The notes beneath the pieces were generated by a model. It was not told where the DNA came from. It worked only from the letters and a program-made list of their open reading frames with translations, and made no database searches. DNA of 64,000 nt from Bacteroidia bacterium (GTDB taxonomy: Bacteria > Bacteroidota > Bacteroidia > NS11-12g > UBA9320), in NCBI GenBank assembly GCA_965216465.1, contig CBDCFW010000005.1, forward strand, positions 608,001 to 672,000, in the 5' to 3' direction. The position numbers and the translations under genes are program-made. Positions 1 to 9,202 of the stretch are shown here, piece by piece (the first letter of the stretch is position 1; each line of letters begins with the position of its first letter).

Positions 1-463
1 TTGAAAATGATGATTCTCGGCTGTTTGTCGTCAGCTTAGCTTCAAGAATTGGAGTAAAATAAAAGGTATAGCAATCGTCAGGCAATATTCTACCTCTACA
101 AGCAATATCATCGACACTAGACTGGGCAATAAAACTATGTATTACCTCGTCTGTGCCACATTTTTGTACTTCTACTATAAGCTCACCGTCCCATTTTCTT
201 TCACTTAAGACTTGGGTAACCGCATAAAGCAGTGCATCTGGGGCGAATTCAAATTGTCGTTCGAATGATACTACATAGCGATCTCCTTCTACTTCAATTG
301 GCAAGACTCTAGAAGTACTGTCGTCTTGTTGTATTAGAAATTTATGTCCAATCTCTCGAAACATTATTTTGAGAAACTGGTCGTCAGTTTGGGCAACAGC
401 ATCGCTGCAAATACTCAGTACGAGTACGATACCAATACACATCCAACTTGACAAGAATCTCAT
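1..463 (-). CDS. 5' part of a probable membrane-anchored winged-helix transcriptional regulator (N-terminal periplasmic sensor region; runs off the window start)
   Basis: Not in the ORF track. Manual translation from ATG at 463: MRFLSSWMCIGIVLVLSICSDAVAQTDDQFLKIMFREIGHKFLIQQDDSTSRVLPIE...IACRGRILPDDCYTF, open to the window edge. REIGH...DSTSRVLP and C-x-GR-x2-P-x2-CY resemble the N-terminus of Bacteroidota proteins with a C-terminal OmpR-type wHTH, but the wHTH itself lies outside the window. Confidence 0.6.
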   Translation of the reverse strand, partial: MRFLSSWMCIGIVLVLSICSDAVAQTDDQFLKIMFREIGHKFLIQQDDSTSRVLPIEVEGDRYVVSFERQFEFAPDALLYAVTQVLSERKWDGELIVEVQKCGTDEVIHSFIAQSSVDDIACRGRILPDDCYTFYFTPILEAKLTTNSRESSFS

Positions 464-513
464 AAAGCAAAACTAGTTATAACTGCTTTGTAATCAGCAT
501 AATTTAAGATTAA

Positions 514-540
514 TTACACGCGATTTACACTATTTTACAT
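514..540 (+). promoter_or_regulatory. Three direct repeats TTACA(C/T), candidate wHTH operator
   Basis: TTACAC 514-519, TTACAC 525-530 and TTACAT 535-540 (11 and 10 bp spacing), in the divergent gap between the regulator and the 583 gene. Confidence 0.5.
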
Positions 541-582
541 TAGTTAAATCATGTACCATTGATGCTTCAATACTTTTACGCT

Positions 583-1473
583 ATGAAAAAACTACACATC
601 ATATTTTTGGCTTTAATTTCAACTACTCTCACCCTCTCGTGTTCTCAAAAAGTCGATACAACTGCTTCTGCTTCATGTTCCAATAAAAAAGATATTCAGA
701 AGAACGCTCCGCATCGTTATGGTGGCTGGTATTGTCCTGATAATTTGAATGGTTTTCCTGCGGTAAACTTAGCAAATTGGAATAACGTTCCGGTGGTAAA
801 CGGTAGAATGCCAACAAAAGAAGAGGCTCAAAATGGTATTTCGCTTATACATGTTGACCCCATTCAATATCCAAATGCAGAGGTATATGACATGGAATTA
901 CCTCAGCTTGCTATGTTCTATTGTCATCCTTCCAAAAGACCTGAAGTAGTCATAATCATACAAGCTTTTTCAATAGAAAAAGACACTATTGTCGGCTTTC
1001 GCTATCTAAACGGCGGTAATGGTTCTGCTCGATTAAACGAAGTCGACTTGATTGATGAATCAGAAGAGAAACTGCAAACAGATCATCGGTTTGTTACGTT
1101 AAACATGCACATAAATGCAGGTCAAGAAGATGTATGGAGAGTACTTACAGATACAGGATACCGCCATGAACTTCAAAAAAGTTTCGACCGTGATAATGCA
1201 CTTGGTTCTGGGTGGAGACATGCTACCAATGTGAACTTCCATTATGCGAATCAAGGAGAACGCACGTCCTCATTTGGCGATGTTTTGTACGGCAGCTACT
1301 ATATCCAAAATGTATGTAAAGACTATTCTGAAAAGTTCTTCATTCGTCAAACAGGTTCAGATGGGTCTACACTTCAACTTGTTTGCGGTCCCTTTGGGGA
1401 TGACTATGCCTCAGAAGAAGCAGATCTCTATTCGTGGGCTTTGAAGGTGAAAGATTTGGTTGAAGGGTGTTAG
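583..1473 (+). CDS. Uncharacterised lipoprotein with possible C-terminal SRPBCC/START-like domain
   Basis: Likely start MKKLHIIF at 583 with lipobox-like TLSC. Motifs HRYGGWYCPDN and GFRYLNGGNGSA. HINAGQEDVWRVLTD resembles the start of an SRPBCC domain. Confidence 0.6.
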   Translation: MKKLHIIFLALISTTLTLSCSQKVDTTASASCSNKKDIQKNAPHRYGGWYCPDNLNGFPAVNLANWNNVPVVNGRMPTKEEAQNGISLIHVDPIQYPNAEVYDMELPQLAMFYCHPSKRPEVVIIIQAFSIEKDTIVGFRYLNGGNGSARLNEVDLIDESEEKLQTDHRFVTLNMHINAGQEDVWRVLTDTGYRHELQKSFDRDNALGSGWRHATNVNFHYANQGERTSSFGDVLYGSYYIQNVCKDYSEKFFIRQTGSDGSTLQLVCGPFGDDYASEEADLYSWALKVKDLVEGC

Positions 1474-1485
1474 AAATTTATAACT

Positions 1486-1517
1486 GCAGTTCTGTAAATG
1501 ATGCAGAACTGCTTTTT
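1486..1517 (+). terminator. Intrinsic terminator
   Basis: Stem GCAGTTCTG...CAGAACTGC (1486-1512) followed by TTTTT, just after the stop at 1473. Confidence 0.75.
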
Positions 1518-1524
1518 ATCACGG

Positions 1525-2109
1525 TTAGTCTTTTCTTAAAAGTTCATAGATAATATAGGCTAATAGGAATCCGCCTATCACAACCCAATTTAGAATTTTC
1601 TTATTCCGTTCAAATTTTTTTGCATCATTAGAATCGGCATCATGCTGTCGATACTTAGATGACTTATGGCCATGAGAACTTGGTTTTAATCTTGCTCGAT
1701 CTATAATTTCTGGTATTGATTGACCTTCATTACTCCAATCGAATAATTCATCCAACAATAAGTCAACATAGCCGTCATTTTTCGGGTCGTATAAGGGTAA
1801 TTGGCCAGGTATATACAGTATCCCATCTTCTGCTGTTACCCAACATTGAAGCGTTTCTGCTATTTCATAAATCTTGTAAATAGATCCACTTTCACTGACT
1901 GGGTTAACGTTAATGCTGACACCTGATGATTCAATCCAAAGCAGAGGAGCATCCTCATCACTATTGTGAAACACTGTTTTTATCCCATCCCAGTCTCCAA
2001 TACTCAGTGAAGAATCTTGTTCAACAATTTTCAGCAAATTACTGTCCTCAACTCTAGTAAACTCCAAAGAATCCGAATTAAACTGCTCTAGATAAAGTAC
2101 CTGCGACAT
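1525..2109 (-). CDS. Hypothetical protein with C-terminal membrane anchor
   Basis: 194-aa ORF with an acidic body and a hydrophobic tail ILNWVVIGGFLLAYIIY. Confidence 0.6.
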   Translation of the reverse strand: MSQVLYLEQFNSDSLEFTRVEDSNLLKIVEQDSSLSIGDWDGIKTVFHNSDEDAPLLWIESSGVSINVNPVSESGSIYKIYEIAETLQCWVTAEDGILYIPGQLPLYDPKNDGYVDLLLDELFDWSNEGQSIPEIIDRARLKPSSHGHKSSKYRQHDADSNDAKKFERNKKILNWVVIGGFLLAYIIYELLRKD

Positions 2110-2301
2110 TGGGTAAAAATAAATATATTCTTTTCAAATCTCTAAGATTATAAAGAATATAAAAAGTGTACCTGGTTTGCTATTGTCAAATTGAATTGAT
2201 AATCTGATGTTGGATTTCAATTTGATCTTATGCAATGGAATGCGCATGGCATTAAAGGAAAGATAAAACCAGCTAACCTATTTAGATCCAAATGCAATAT
2301 T

Positions 2302-2754
2302 CTAGCTTTTACCAAATCGATAGGACACACCCGCATAAGTTCTTAAAATGGCACTATCAAACTCTTTATTGAAGTAAGGAGAAAGTTCAAACAGAAGATG
2401 AACATTCTTATGTTTTACAAAAGGCTTAAATCTCGACCCAAACATGACCGAATACCCACCGATGTAGTCGCCATCCACAAAGCCATCTATAATATTACTC
2501 TTACAACTCAGGCCGGAATAAAGGTTGTATTCCACCGACCGTTTTAGATTGAAGCACAAGGCAATCTCTGGATTCAGGTTACCAAAAAAAGTATTGGTTT
2601 CAAGTCGTCCATCAACAAACAACAATCGTTCTGGATCTGATGTAATTGACAGGGTATTGTTAAATGGGAAATATCCAATTGAAGGCTGTTGAGCGAAGGT
2701 CACTTTCAAAGACAACATCAACAAGGTTAGTGTAAGTTTTATGTATTTATTCAT
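2302..2754 (-). CDS. Small putative outer-membrane beta-barrel protein, coupled to the GH10 gene
   Basis: Probable start MNKYIKL at 2754, which overlaps the GH10 stop as ATGA (2751-2754). Signal peptide (TFA/QQ), amphipathic strands, and C-terminal YAGVSYRF. Confidence 0.6.
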   Translation of the reverse strand: MNKYIKLTLTLLMLSLKVTFAQQPSIGYFPFNNTLSITSDPERLLFVDGRLETNTFFGNLNPEIALCFNLKRSVEYNLYSGLSCKSNIIDGFVDGDYIGGYSVMFGSRFKPFVKHKNVHLLFELSPYFNKEFDSAILRTYAGVSYRFGKS

Positions 2755-3803
2755 AGTGCTTCTTTTATACCGCAGTACATTGGTTTTGGTTGAAAATTTT
2801 CGTCCCACATACAAGGCCAATCTGCCCTGTTGAAGTAGTAACGTATCCACGTATCTGCATCCGAAATATTCCAAAATGAGATTCCGTATTGATACTTCTT
2901 GTCTAATCGCTTATACCCATTCACGATGGCTTTCAATTTCGCCTTTTGTCTCATGAGCATTTCATCAGTGGGAGCCTTGTACTTAGAAATGCTGTTCATA
3001 GAAATATCAATTTCAGAGTAGTAAACTAAAAGATCCGCTTTTTGGACCCCCATGGCCATATCATTAATTTCGGATACTTCTGGATACTCGTTGAATATGT
3101 GCAACTGGCAACCTAAACCATCAACAGGAATATTGGTTTCTTTAAAGGTTTTTAAGAGTCTTAGTACGGCGTCGAGTTTGTTCCTGTTCAAAGCGAGATT
3201 GTATTCATTGTAAAATAATTTCGCTTCAGGATCTGCTTCTCGAGCCCATTTAAATGCTTTGGCAATATAGGATGGCCCGATGTTCTTCTTCCAAACTGAA
3301 TTCCGTAATGTTCCATCTTCATTAAAAGCCTCATTGACCACAATCCAGGTTCCTATCTTGCCTTTATATCTCGAAACTATTGTCTGAATATGATCTTTCA
3401 ATATGGCTTCCCATTCTGCTTTAGATCCTTCAAACTCGTTCAGCCAATTGGGCAAGAAATCATGATAAACTAAGCTATGACCAACAAAATCTTGATTATT
3501 TCTCTGAGCAAAGTTCACCAAGGTATCATATTCACTCCAGTCGTAAACATAACGTTGAGGATGCACTTTATAAAGGAGCCATGCACGTTCTCCCGAGATT
3601 CGATTAAATTGACTTGCTGCGATATCTTTATATTCCCTATGACTTGCGAGCCAGTCGACGTCAATTGCTGCACCAATAGGAAAGTCAGCATTTAAGTACA
3701 AAGGGGTGTCATCATCACATAAGCTAAGCTCAGGTTTGGAACATGAAGTAAATAGTATTCCAATTAGAATTATGCCAAGAAGGCTATTCATTTTCTTTAG
3801 CAT
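2751..3803 (-). CDS. GH10 endo-1,4-beta-xylanase-like lipoprotein
   Basis: Motifs GHSLVYH, WIVVNEA (acid/base Glu), LFYNEYN, GCQLH, SEIDI (nucleophile Glu) and FWNISDADTW. Lipobox LFTSC. Start at 3803 or 3791. Confidence 0.9.
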   Translation of the reverse strand: MLKKMNSLLGIILIGILFTSCSKPELSLCDDDTPLYLNADFPIGAAIDVDWLASHREYKDIAASQFNRISGERAWLLYKVHPQRYVYDWSEYDTLVNFAQRNNQDFVGHSLVYHDFLPNWLNEFEGSKAEWEAILKDHIQTIVSRYKGKIGTWIVVNEAFNEDGTLRNSVWKKNIGPSYIAKAFKWAREADPEAKLFYNEYNLALNRNKLDAVLRLLKTFKETNIPVDGLGCQLHIFNEYPEVSEINDMAMGVQKADLLVYYSEIDISMNSISKYKAPTDEMLMRQKAKLKAIVNGYKRLDKKYQYGISFWNISDADTWIRYYFNRADWPCMWDENFQPKPMYCGIKEAL

Positions 3804-3928
3804 TTTAGTTAATGACACGAGCAATAATACCAAAATCTCAAATCTTGGTTATGCCGTAAATTCAAAATGACTCAAATTTGAATAAGATTATTAGCCCATA
3901 ATCTAAATCGACTGAACAAAATACAATT

Positions 3929-4330
3929 CTACTTCGCCTTAATCGGAACCTTCTTATACCTTCCCCAAGCGACAAAAGCTGCAAGCAGTAAGAATAAGAT
4001 TGTAGATGGAGACTCTCCAGCATAAATATGATAAGCTGTAGCAAGTAACATTACTGTTGCAATTCCTGCCGCTGCCATGGTCGTTAGTGCAGGTTTTATG
4101 CGTAGAGCTGCAGGTAAAATCAAGCCAAGAGCACCTAAAATTTCACTCACTCCAATAAAGCGCGTCATACCAATTCCCACAAAGCTTACAAATGTCATCT
4201 CACTATCTAACAACTGTTCAGGTGGCAATGCTACCTTCATAAAACCAACATAGCCAAATAATATGGCTAATACCACTTGGGCTGTCCACAAGGCAATGTT
4301 TAATCCTTTCGATTTTTTTTGTTCTGTCAT
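3929..4330 (-). CDS. DoxX-family membrane protein
   Basis: Four hydrophobic segments with LWTAQVVLA..F...GFMK and FIGVSEILGALGLILP. Confidence 0.85.
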   Translation of the reverse strand: MTEQKKSKGLNIALWTAQVVLAILFGYVGFMKVALPPEQLLDSEMTFVSFVGIGMTRFIGVSEILGALGLILPAALRIKPALTTMAAAGIATVMLLATAYHIYAGESPSTILFLLLAAFVAWGRYKKVPIKAK

Positions 4331-4373
4331 TTTTCTAATTTTTCTTGATTTTCAGTGCGAAATTATTTAACAT

Positions 4374-4426
4374 TGATTACAATTTGTAATCAGTTACCCA
4401 AAAGTAACCAGTTACCTTTTGGTAAT
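4374..4426. promoter_or_regulatory. Three tandem inverted repeats TTAC-N5/6-GTAA, candidate HxlR-family operators
   Basis: TGATTACA-ATT-TGTAATCA (4374-4392), GTTAC-N6-GTAAC (4393-4408) and GTTACC-TTTT-GGTAAT (4411-4426), between the divergent doxX and hxlR-like genes. Confidence 0.7.
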
Positions 4427-4442
4427 CAACACCGTCTAAAAA

Positions 4443-4802
4443 ATGAAGAAGAAAGAGCACGTAGAATGTTTGTCAGCCATTATGCCCGTTAGAGATACGC
4501 TTGATGTTATCGGTGGTAAATGGAAGATCTTAATCCTAATTTCTATCTGGGAAGGCAATAAACATTTCAGAGAAATTGAACGCAGCATTCCAAAACTTAG
4601 TACCAAAGTACTGTCTAAAGAGTTAAAAGACATGGAGGCGAATAAGCTAATAAAAAGAGCTGTAATCAACGGATTTCCTGTGCGCACGGAATATACTCCT
4701 ACTGAGCATTCTAAAACACTCGAAAAAGTTATTGTTGAACTACACGATTGGGGACTTAATCACCGAGCCAAGATTTTTGGGACAGCAGAAGTTACTGCTT
4801 GA
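4443..4802 (+). CDS. HxlR/DUF24-family winged-helix regulator
   Basis: CLSAIMPVRDTLDVIGGKWKILIL, LSTKVLSKELKDME and PVRTEY, with an N-terminal Cys. Confidence 0.92.
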   Translation: MKKKEHVECLSAIMPVRDTLDVIGGKWKILILISIWEGNKHFREIERSIPKLSTKVLSKELKDMEANKLIKRAVINGFPVRTEYTPTEHSKTLEKVIVELHDWGLNHRAKIFGTAEVTA

Positions 4803-4858
4803 TTATTCTTTCAATCTTATTTAAGATTTCTATACCTTCGTTAAAAGACCTTTACTCT

Positions 4859-5509
4859 TTGAACCTATCCGTAGATAACTATTTTATAGAAGGATGTGGG
4901 CGTTGTCCACTTGCTGCTACTGCAGCATGTAAAGTGCGGCATTGGGCAGATGAACTCGCTTTACTTCGATCAATAATTCAAACTTGTGGTCTCACTGAAG
5001 AATGCAAATGGGGTGTTCCCTGCTATACCTATAATGGAAAGAATGTCCTCACCATAAGTGCTCTTAATAACTATTGTGCCGTTAGTTTCTTTAAGGGTTC
5101 TCTCTTAAAAGATGACCTCAATTTACTTGTAAAGCCAGGACCTCATTCGCAAGTTGCACGACTTTTTAAGTTTACCAAGCCTGAAGAAATAGTTCAGAAT
5201 CAAGACCACATCAAAGCTTATATTTTCGAGGCCATAGCCAATGAAAAGGCCGGTCTAAAAGTAGAGTTTCAAAGCAGTATTGATGCCATGCCTAGTGAGT
5301 TAGAAGATAAACTCAATCAAGACCTTTATTTCAAATCAGCGTTCGAATCACTTACGCCTGGAAGGCAACGTGGTTATATAATCTATTTCTCACAACCTAA
5401 AAAATCAGAAACGAGAAAAACACGCATCGAAAAGTCGATCGAAAAAATTCTGAATGGCGAAGGTTTGCATGATAAATACTCCTCTAGAAAACGCGAAAAT
5501 CAGGAGTAA
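4859..5509 (+). CDS. YdeI/OmpD-associated family protein (DUF1801 + OmdA)
   Basis: GCGRCPL, LTEECKWGVPCY and FESLTPGRQRGY. Likely TTG start at 4859 (ORF track gives 4799). Confidence 0.85.
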   Translation: MNLSVDNYFIEGCGRCPLAATAACKVRHWADELALLRSIIQTCGLTEECKWGVPCYTYNGKNVLTISALNNYCAVSFFKGSLLKDDLNLLVKPGPHSQVARLFKFTKPEEIVQNQDHIKAYIFEAIANEKAGLKVEFQSSIDAMPSELEDKLNQDLYFKSAFESLTPGRQRGYIIYFSQPKKSETRKTRIEKSIEKILNGEGLHDKYSSRKRENQE

Positions 5510-5666
5510 TTCTCCAGATAGCTTTGGCAACCCATTAACTTCTTACAATTTTTACAAGAACGCAATGCGCTGTATATCAGCTTATGAACAAGCAGCACCA
5601 GAACTAATTCGTTAACTTTTTTGCTGCTAGATGCAACCATCGATTCGGATGCTGGTATATCAAATT

Positions 5667-8081
5667 ATGAAATTCACGTCAGCAACCCTCATCAGCAAAA
5701 TTTCAATACTCACAGTTCTGATTCTTTTAAGTTTAAGTGCAAACGCACAACTTACACAAAGCATAAGAGGTTCTGTTAAAGACGCAGACACCAAACAAGC
5801 ATTAATTGGTGCAACGGTAATCGTAACCGCCAGTGACTTTAAGTCAGGAGCGATATCGGACGAGCAAGGTTTGTTCAAAATAGATGCAGTTCCTGTTGGC
5901 CGGGTAAACATCATTATAACTGTAGTTGGATACGAAGATCAAATCATGAATCAAGTTGACTTGAAGACGGCAAAAGAACTCATTCTCGAAGTAGAAATGC
6001 ATGAATCTTATTCAAAAGTGGATGCTGTTGTAGTTGCTGGAAGAAAGGCAAAAGACAAACCGCTTAATGAAATGGCCGCAGTTAGTGCTAGATCATTTAC
6101 TGTAGAAGAAACGAGCAGATATGCAGCAGCAGCATTTGATCCTGCGAGAATGGCTCAAAACTTCGCTGGGGTCACATCTGGTGGCGATGATTTATACAAT
6201 GAAATTGTAGTGCGTGGCAACTCACCAAAAGGTGTTCTCTGGCGACTAGAAGGTATCGAAGTGGCAAATCCAAATCACTTTGCACAAGGCGGAGCACAAG
6301 GAGGAGCAATAAGCATGTTAAGCAGCAGCACCCTTGGTAATTCAGACTTCTACACCGGTGCATTTTCAGCGGAATATGGCAACGCACTTTCAGGTGTTTT
6401 TGACCTCAAGTTTCGAAAGGGAAACAACGAGAAGCGAGAAAACTCGTTTATGGTTGGGGCACTTGGACTTGAGGTATCTACAGAAGGTCCATTTAGCAAG
6501 AACTACTCGGGATCATACTTAATAAACTACCGTTACTCCACCCTTGGGTTACTTGAAAAAGTTGGACTGTCTCCTACTGGTGATTTGCTTCCGGTTTATC
6601 AAGACCTATCTTACAACATTTCTTTACCCACTGAATCTTTTGGAAACTTTAATGTGTTTGGTGTTTTGGGACATAACATAGCAGAACTTTATGATGATTT
6701 TGATGAGAATGACACAACACTAGAGTCTAGACAATACTACGATGGATTTACTGAAATTGGATTTGTAAATGTTGCCGGTATTAAGCACGTAATAAACCTC
6801 GATGGCAAAAGCTATTTAAAAACAGTTGCTTCTCATTCATACAACGACGCAACTCTGTATGGAGAATCATTGCAAATTGATAGCATGACGTATAAATCCT
6901 TTCGTTTTGCCGAACAGGAGATTCAGAATTTAGAAACTTCAATAAGATTGAGCACCTTGTACAATCGTAAAATCAATAATCGAAATACCATTCGCGCAGG
7001 AGCTGTACTTTCAAAATTAGACTACAATTTCCAAAGCAAGTTTCACAACTATAAAGACAATGAAACCTTCATTGGATTTGATGATGAAAATCACTCGCTT
7101 CAATATCAATTCTTTGGTCAATGGAAGTCACGTATCACTTCTGACCTTACACTAAACACCGGCTTTCATATGACCCATTTGGCAGCAACATCATCTACTT
7201 CGTTTGAACCCAGAGCATCGCTTAGCTATAAGGCTTCAAAGAAACTGAGATTGACCATGTCGGCCGGCAAACATTCAAGGCCAGAACACTTAGCACTATA
7301 CTTGTACAAAGACATTAATGATGACGGAACATTTACCCGACCAAATGAAGATTTAGAGCTATCAAAAGCTTGGCATTATGTTGCCGCAATTGACTATACG
7401 ATAAATCCAGATATGCGATTGAAAGTTGAAGGCTACTACCAGCACCTTTATGATATTCCAATTTCATCAAAAGAAGGTTCAACAGTATCTGTATTGAACA
7501 CTAGCAATTACTGGGATGCCATTTTCAATGGCGACACGGTTGGCTTAATCAGCAATGGAAAGGGAATGAATTATGGAGTTGATATCACACTAGAGCGTTT
7601 CTTCTCAAAAGACTTTTACTACCTCGCAACACTCACCCTGTTTAGCAGTCAATACGAAACCTTAACAGACGAAAAGTACGATACAAAGTACAACGGAAAT
7701 TATCAGCTTAACTTACTTGGTGGTAAAGAGTTTGTATTGAGAAAAAAGAACAGAAGACTAGGCATTAATGGCAAGACCGTGATTTATGGAGGTAACCGTT
7801 ATACTCCAATTGACTTGCAACAATCTATCGAGAAAAACAGAATGATGCTTGACCAGAGTCAGCCATTCTCAGCTCAAGTTGATGATTATTTTAGATTTGA
7901 TATTGGAGTGAGTTATAAAATTAACCGTGACAAAAGCACACACACCATTATGCTGGATATCCAAAATGTTTCAAACCGACAAAACATTGCGGGATATTTC
8001 TACGACAGTGAGAAGAGAGATATTGATAGCTGGTCAATGACTGGATTATTCCCATTCTTTAATTATAGAATAGAATTTTAA
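5667..8081 (+). CDS. TonB-dependent receptor with N-terminal carboxypeptidase-regulatory-like domain (non-SusC)
   Basis: Signal peptide, IRGSVKD..T...LIGATV, plug motifs DPARMAQNFAGV, NEIVVRGNSP and FSAEYGNALSGVFD, C-terminal YRIEF. Confidence 0.92.
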   Translation: MKFTSATLISKISILTVLILLSLSANAQLTQSIRGSVKDADTKQALIGATVIVTASDFKSGAISDEQGLFKIDAVPVGRVNIIITVVGYEDQIMNQVDLKTAKELILEVEMHESYSKVDAVVVAGRKAKDKPLNEMAAVSARSFTVEETSRYAAAAFDPARMAQNFAGVTSGGDDLYNEIVVRGNSPKGVLWRLEGIEVANPNHFAQGGAQGGAISMLSSSTLGNSDFYTGAFSAEYGNALSGVFDLKFRKGNNEKRENSFMVGALGLEVSTEGPFSKNYSGSYLINYRYSTLGLLEKVGLSPTGDLLPVYQDLSYNISLPTESFGNFNVFGVLGHNIAELYDDFDENDTTLESRQYYDGFTEIGFVNVAGIKHVINLDGKSYLKTVASHSYNDATLYGESLQIDSMTYKSFRFAEQEIQNLETSIRLSTLYNRKINNRNTIRAGAVLSKLDYNFQSKFHNYKDNETFIGFDDENHSLQYQFFGQWKSRITSDLTLNTGFHMTHLAATSSTSFEPRASLSYKASKKLRLTMSAGKHSRPEHLALYLYKDINDDGTFTRPNEDLELSKAWHYVAAIDYTINPDMRLKVEGYYQHLYDIPISSKEGSTVSVLNTSNYWDAIFNGDTVGLISNGKGMNYGVDITLERFFSKDFYYLATLTLFSSQYETLTDEKYDTKYNGNYQLNLLGGKEFVLRKKNRRLGINGKTVIYGGNRYTPIDLQQSIEKNRMMLDQSQPFSAQVDDYFRFDIGVSYKINRDKSTHTIMLDIQNVSNRQNIAGYFYDSEKRDIDSWSMTGLFPFFNYRIEF

Positions 8082-8084
8082 GGA

Positions 8085-8160
8085 TAGCACTAGCTAGAAG
8101 CTGGTGCTAGCTGGAGTGAGACGCTTCTGGTTTGTGTTAAATCACAAGCTAGAAGCTTGC
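8085..8160. repeat. Cluster of three REP-like palindromic units (direct, inverted, direct), probable bidirectional terminator
   Basis: TAGCACTAGCT-AGA-AGCTGGTGCTA (8085-8109), and GCTTCTGGTTTGTG (8123-8136) pairing with CACAAGCTAGAAGC (8143-8156). Lies between convergent genes. Confidence 0.6.
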
Positions 8161-8176
8161 TCTAGTTACGCAAGTT

Positions 8177-9202
8177 CTACCGATGCCTTCTTACAAACTC
8201 CCCCAATTCAGACGTGAAATTATACGACTCAGATACAAAAGGATGATGAATGGTTCTATTGTAAAGCGTATATGTCTTTTGAGTTGAACCCATCTCTTGA
8301 AATCCGTGCAAACCTCCTGCAGGGGGAACACTAAAATCGTATTGCCCGTATGCAAACAGCGATGGAAGGGTAATGCTTTCAATTTCTGTCATTACCGTAT
8401 AGTTCTGCTCTCTAACAAAATTCTCTGGTCGATTGAACAAATGCATGGCCTGCCACGTAATGGGATTGTTCTTGATAATCGTTTGATAGAGTCTTTCGGC
8501 ACTTCCTCCTTCGCCAATTTCGCCATCCTCTTCAATTAAAACATAGGCAATCTTCATTTGCTCGAATACTATTTCATATGCATCGTCGCTATCAATATCG
8601 GTGTCTTCTAATACACTTTGAATGGCCTCCCATTGCTCAACATTTTTTCCTTTATTGATTTGCTGTGTCGCTGTTTGATACAACAGCTCCATTCTATCTC
8701 CTAGCACAGTTGGCATATGCAATAAGCCATCGACATTTATCCAACCGTTTATTTGCGATTGAAATTCGGTATCAGTTAAAGCCTTAGCGGTAATTAACCC
8801 CCCCAGGCTATGCCCCATCAAGAATAAACTAATGTCATCCCCGTACTTGTGTTTTAACACTTTTGCTAGTGCTTTTACATCAGAAGCCATCAACTCAATT
8901 ATATCATCTGATTTTGAGTAATGTCCTTGAGCCATACTGTGTCCACGTGAATCGAAATAGGCAACTACATATTCGCTTTCAATTCTATTTATGAAATCTT
9001 CATTACGATACGACAATCCAAAGCTCCCTGCTCCATGAATTGCCATGATATATGTTTTCTTTTCCGAATTACCATGCACATACACCGGCATATCGGCTCC
9101 TTGGTGACGTACATAAATCGTTTCATCCAATGTTCCATTTAAGGATTCTTTAGTGCAGGAGGTCACAGCAATGAGAATTAATATGATGATAAAGCGATTC
9201 AT
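8177..9202 (-). CDS. Alpha/beta-fold hydrolase lipoprotein
   Basis: Lipobox AVTSC, IHGAG, FDSRGHS, nucleophile elbow GHSLGG, GQYD and HHPF. Confidence 0.88.
   Translation of the reverse strand: MNRFIIILILIAVTSCTKESLNGTLDETIYVRHQGADMPVYVHGNSEKKTYIMAIHGAGSFGLSYRNEDFINRIESEYVVAYFDSRGHSMAQGHYSKSDDIIELMASDVKALAKVLKHKYGDDISLFLMGHSLGGLITAKALTDTEFQSQINGWINVDGLLHMPTVLGDRMELLYQTATQQINKGKNVEQWEAIQSVLEDTDIDSDDAYEIVFEQMKIAYVLIEEDGEIGEGGSAERLYQTIIKNNPITWQAMHLFNRPENFVREQNYTVMTEIESITLPSLFAYGQYDFSVPPAGGLHGFQEMGSTQKTYTLYNRTIHHPFVSESYNFTSELGEFVRRHR

Noticed and set aside
2186-2225. 10-bp inverted repeat TCAAATTGAA/TTCAATTTGA with 20-nt spacer
   Set aside because: AT-rich, single occurrence, with no target duplication or transposase. 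It could be chance or a weak terminator.
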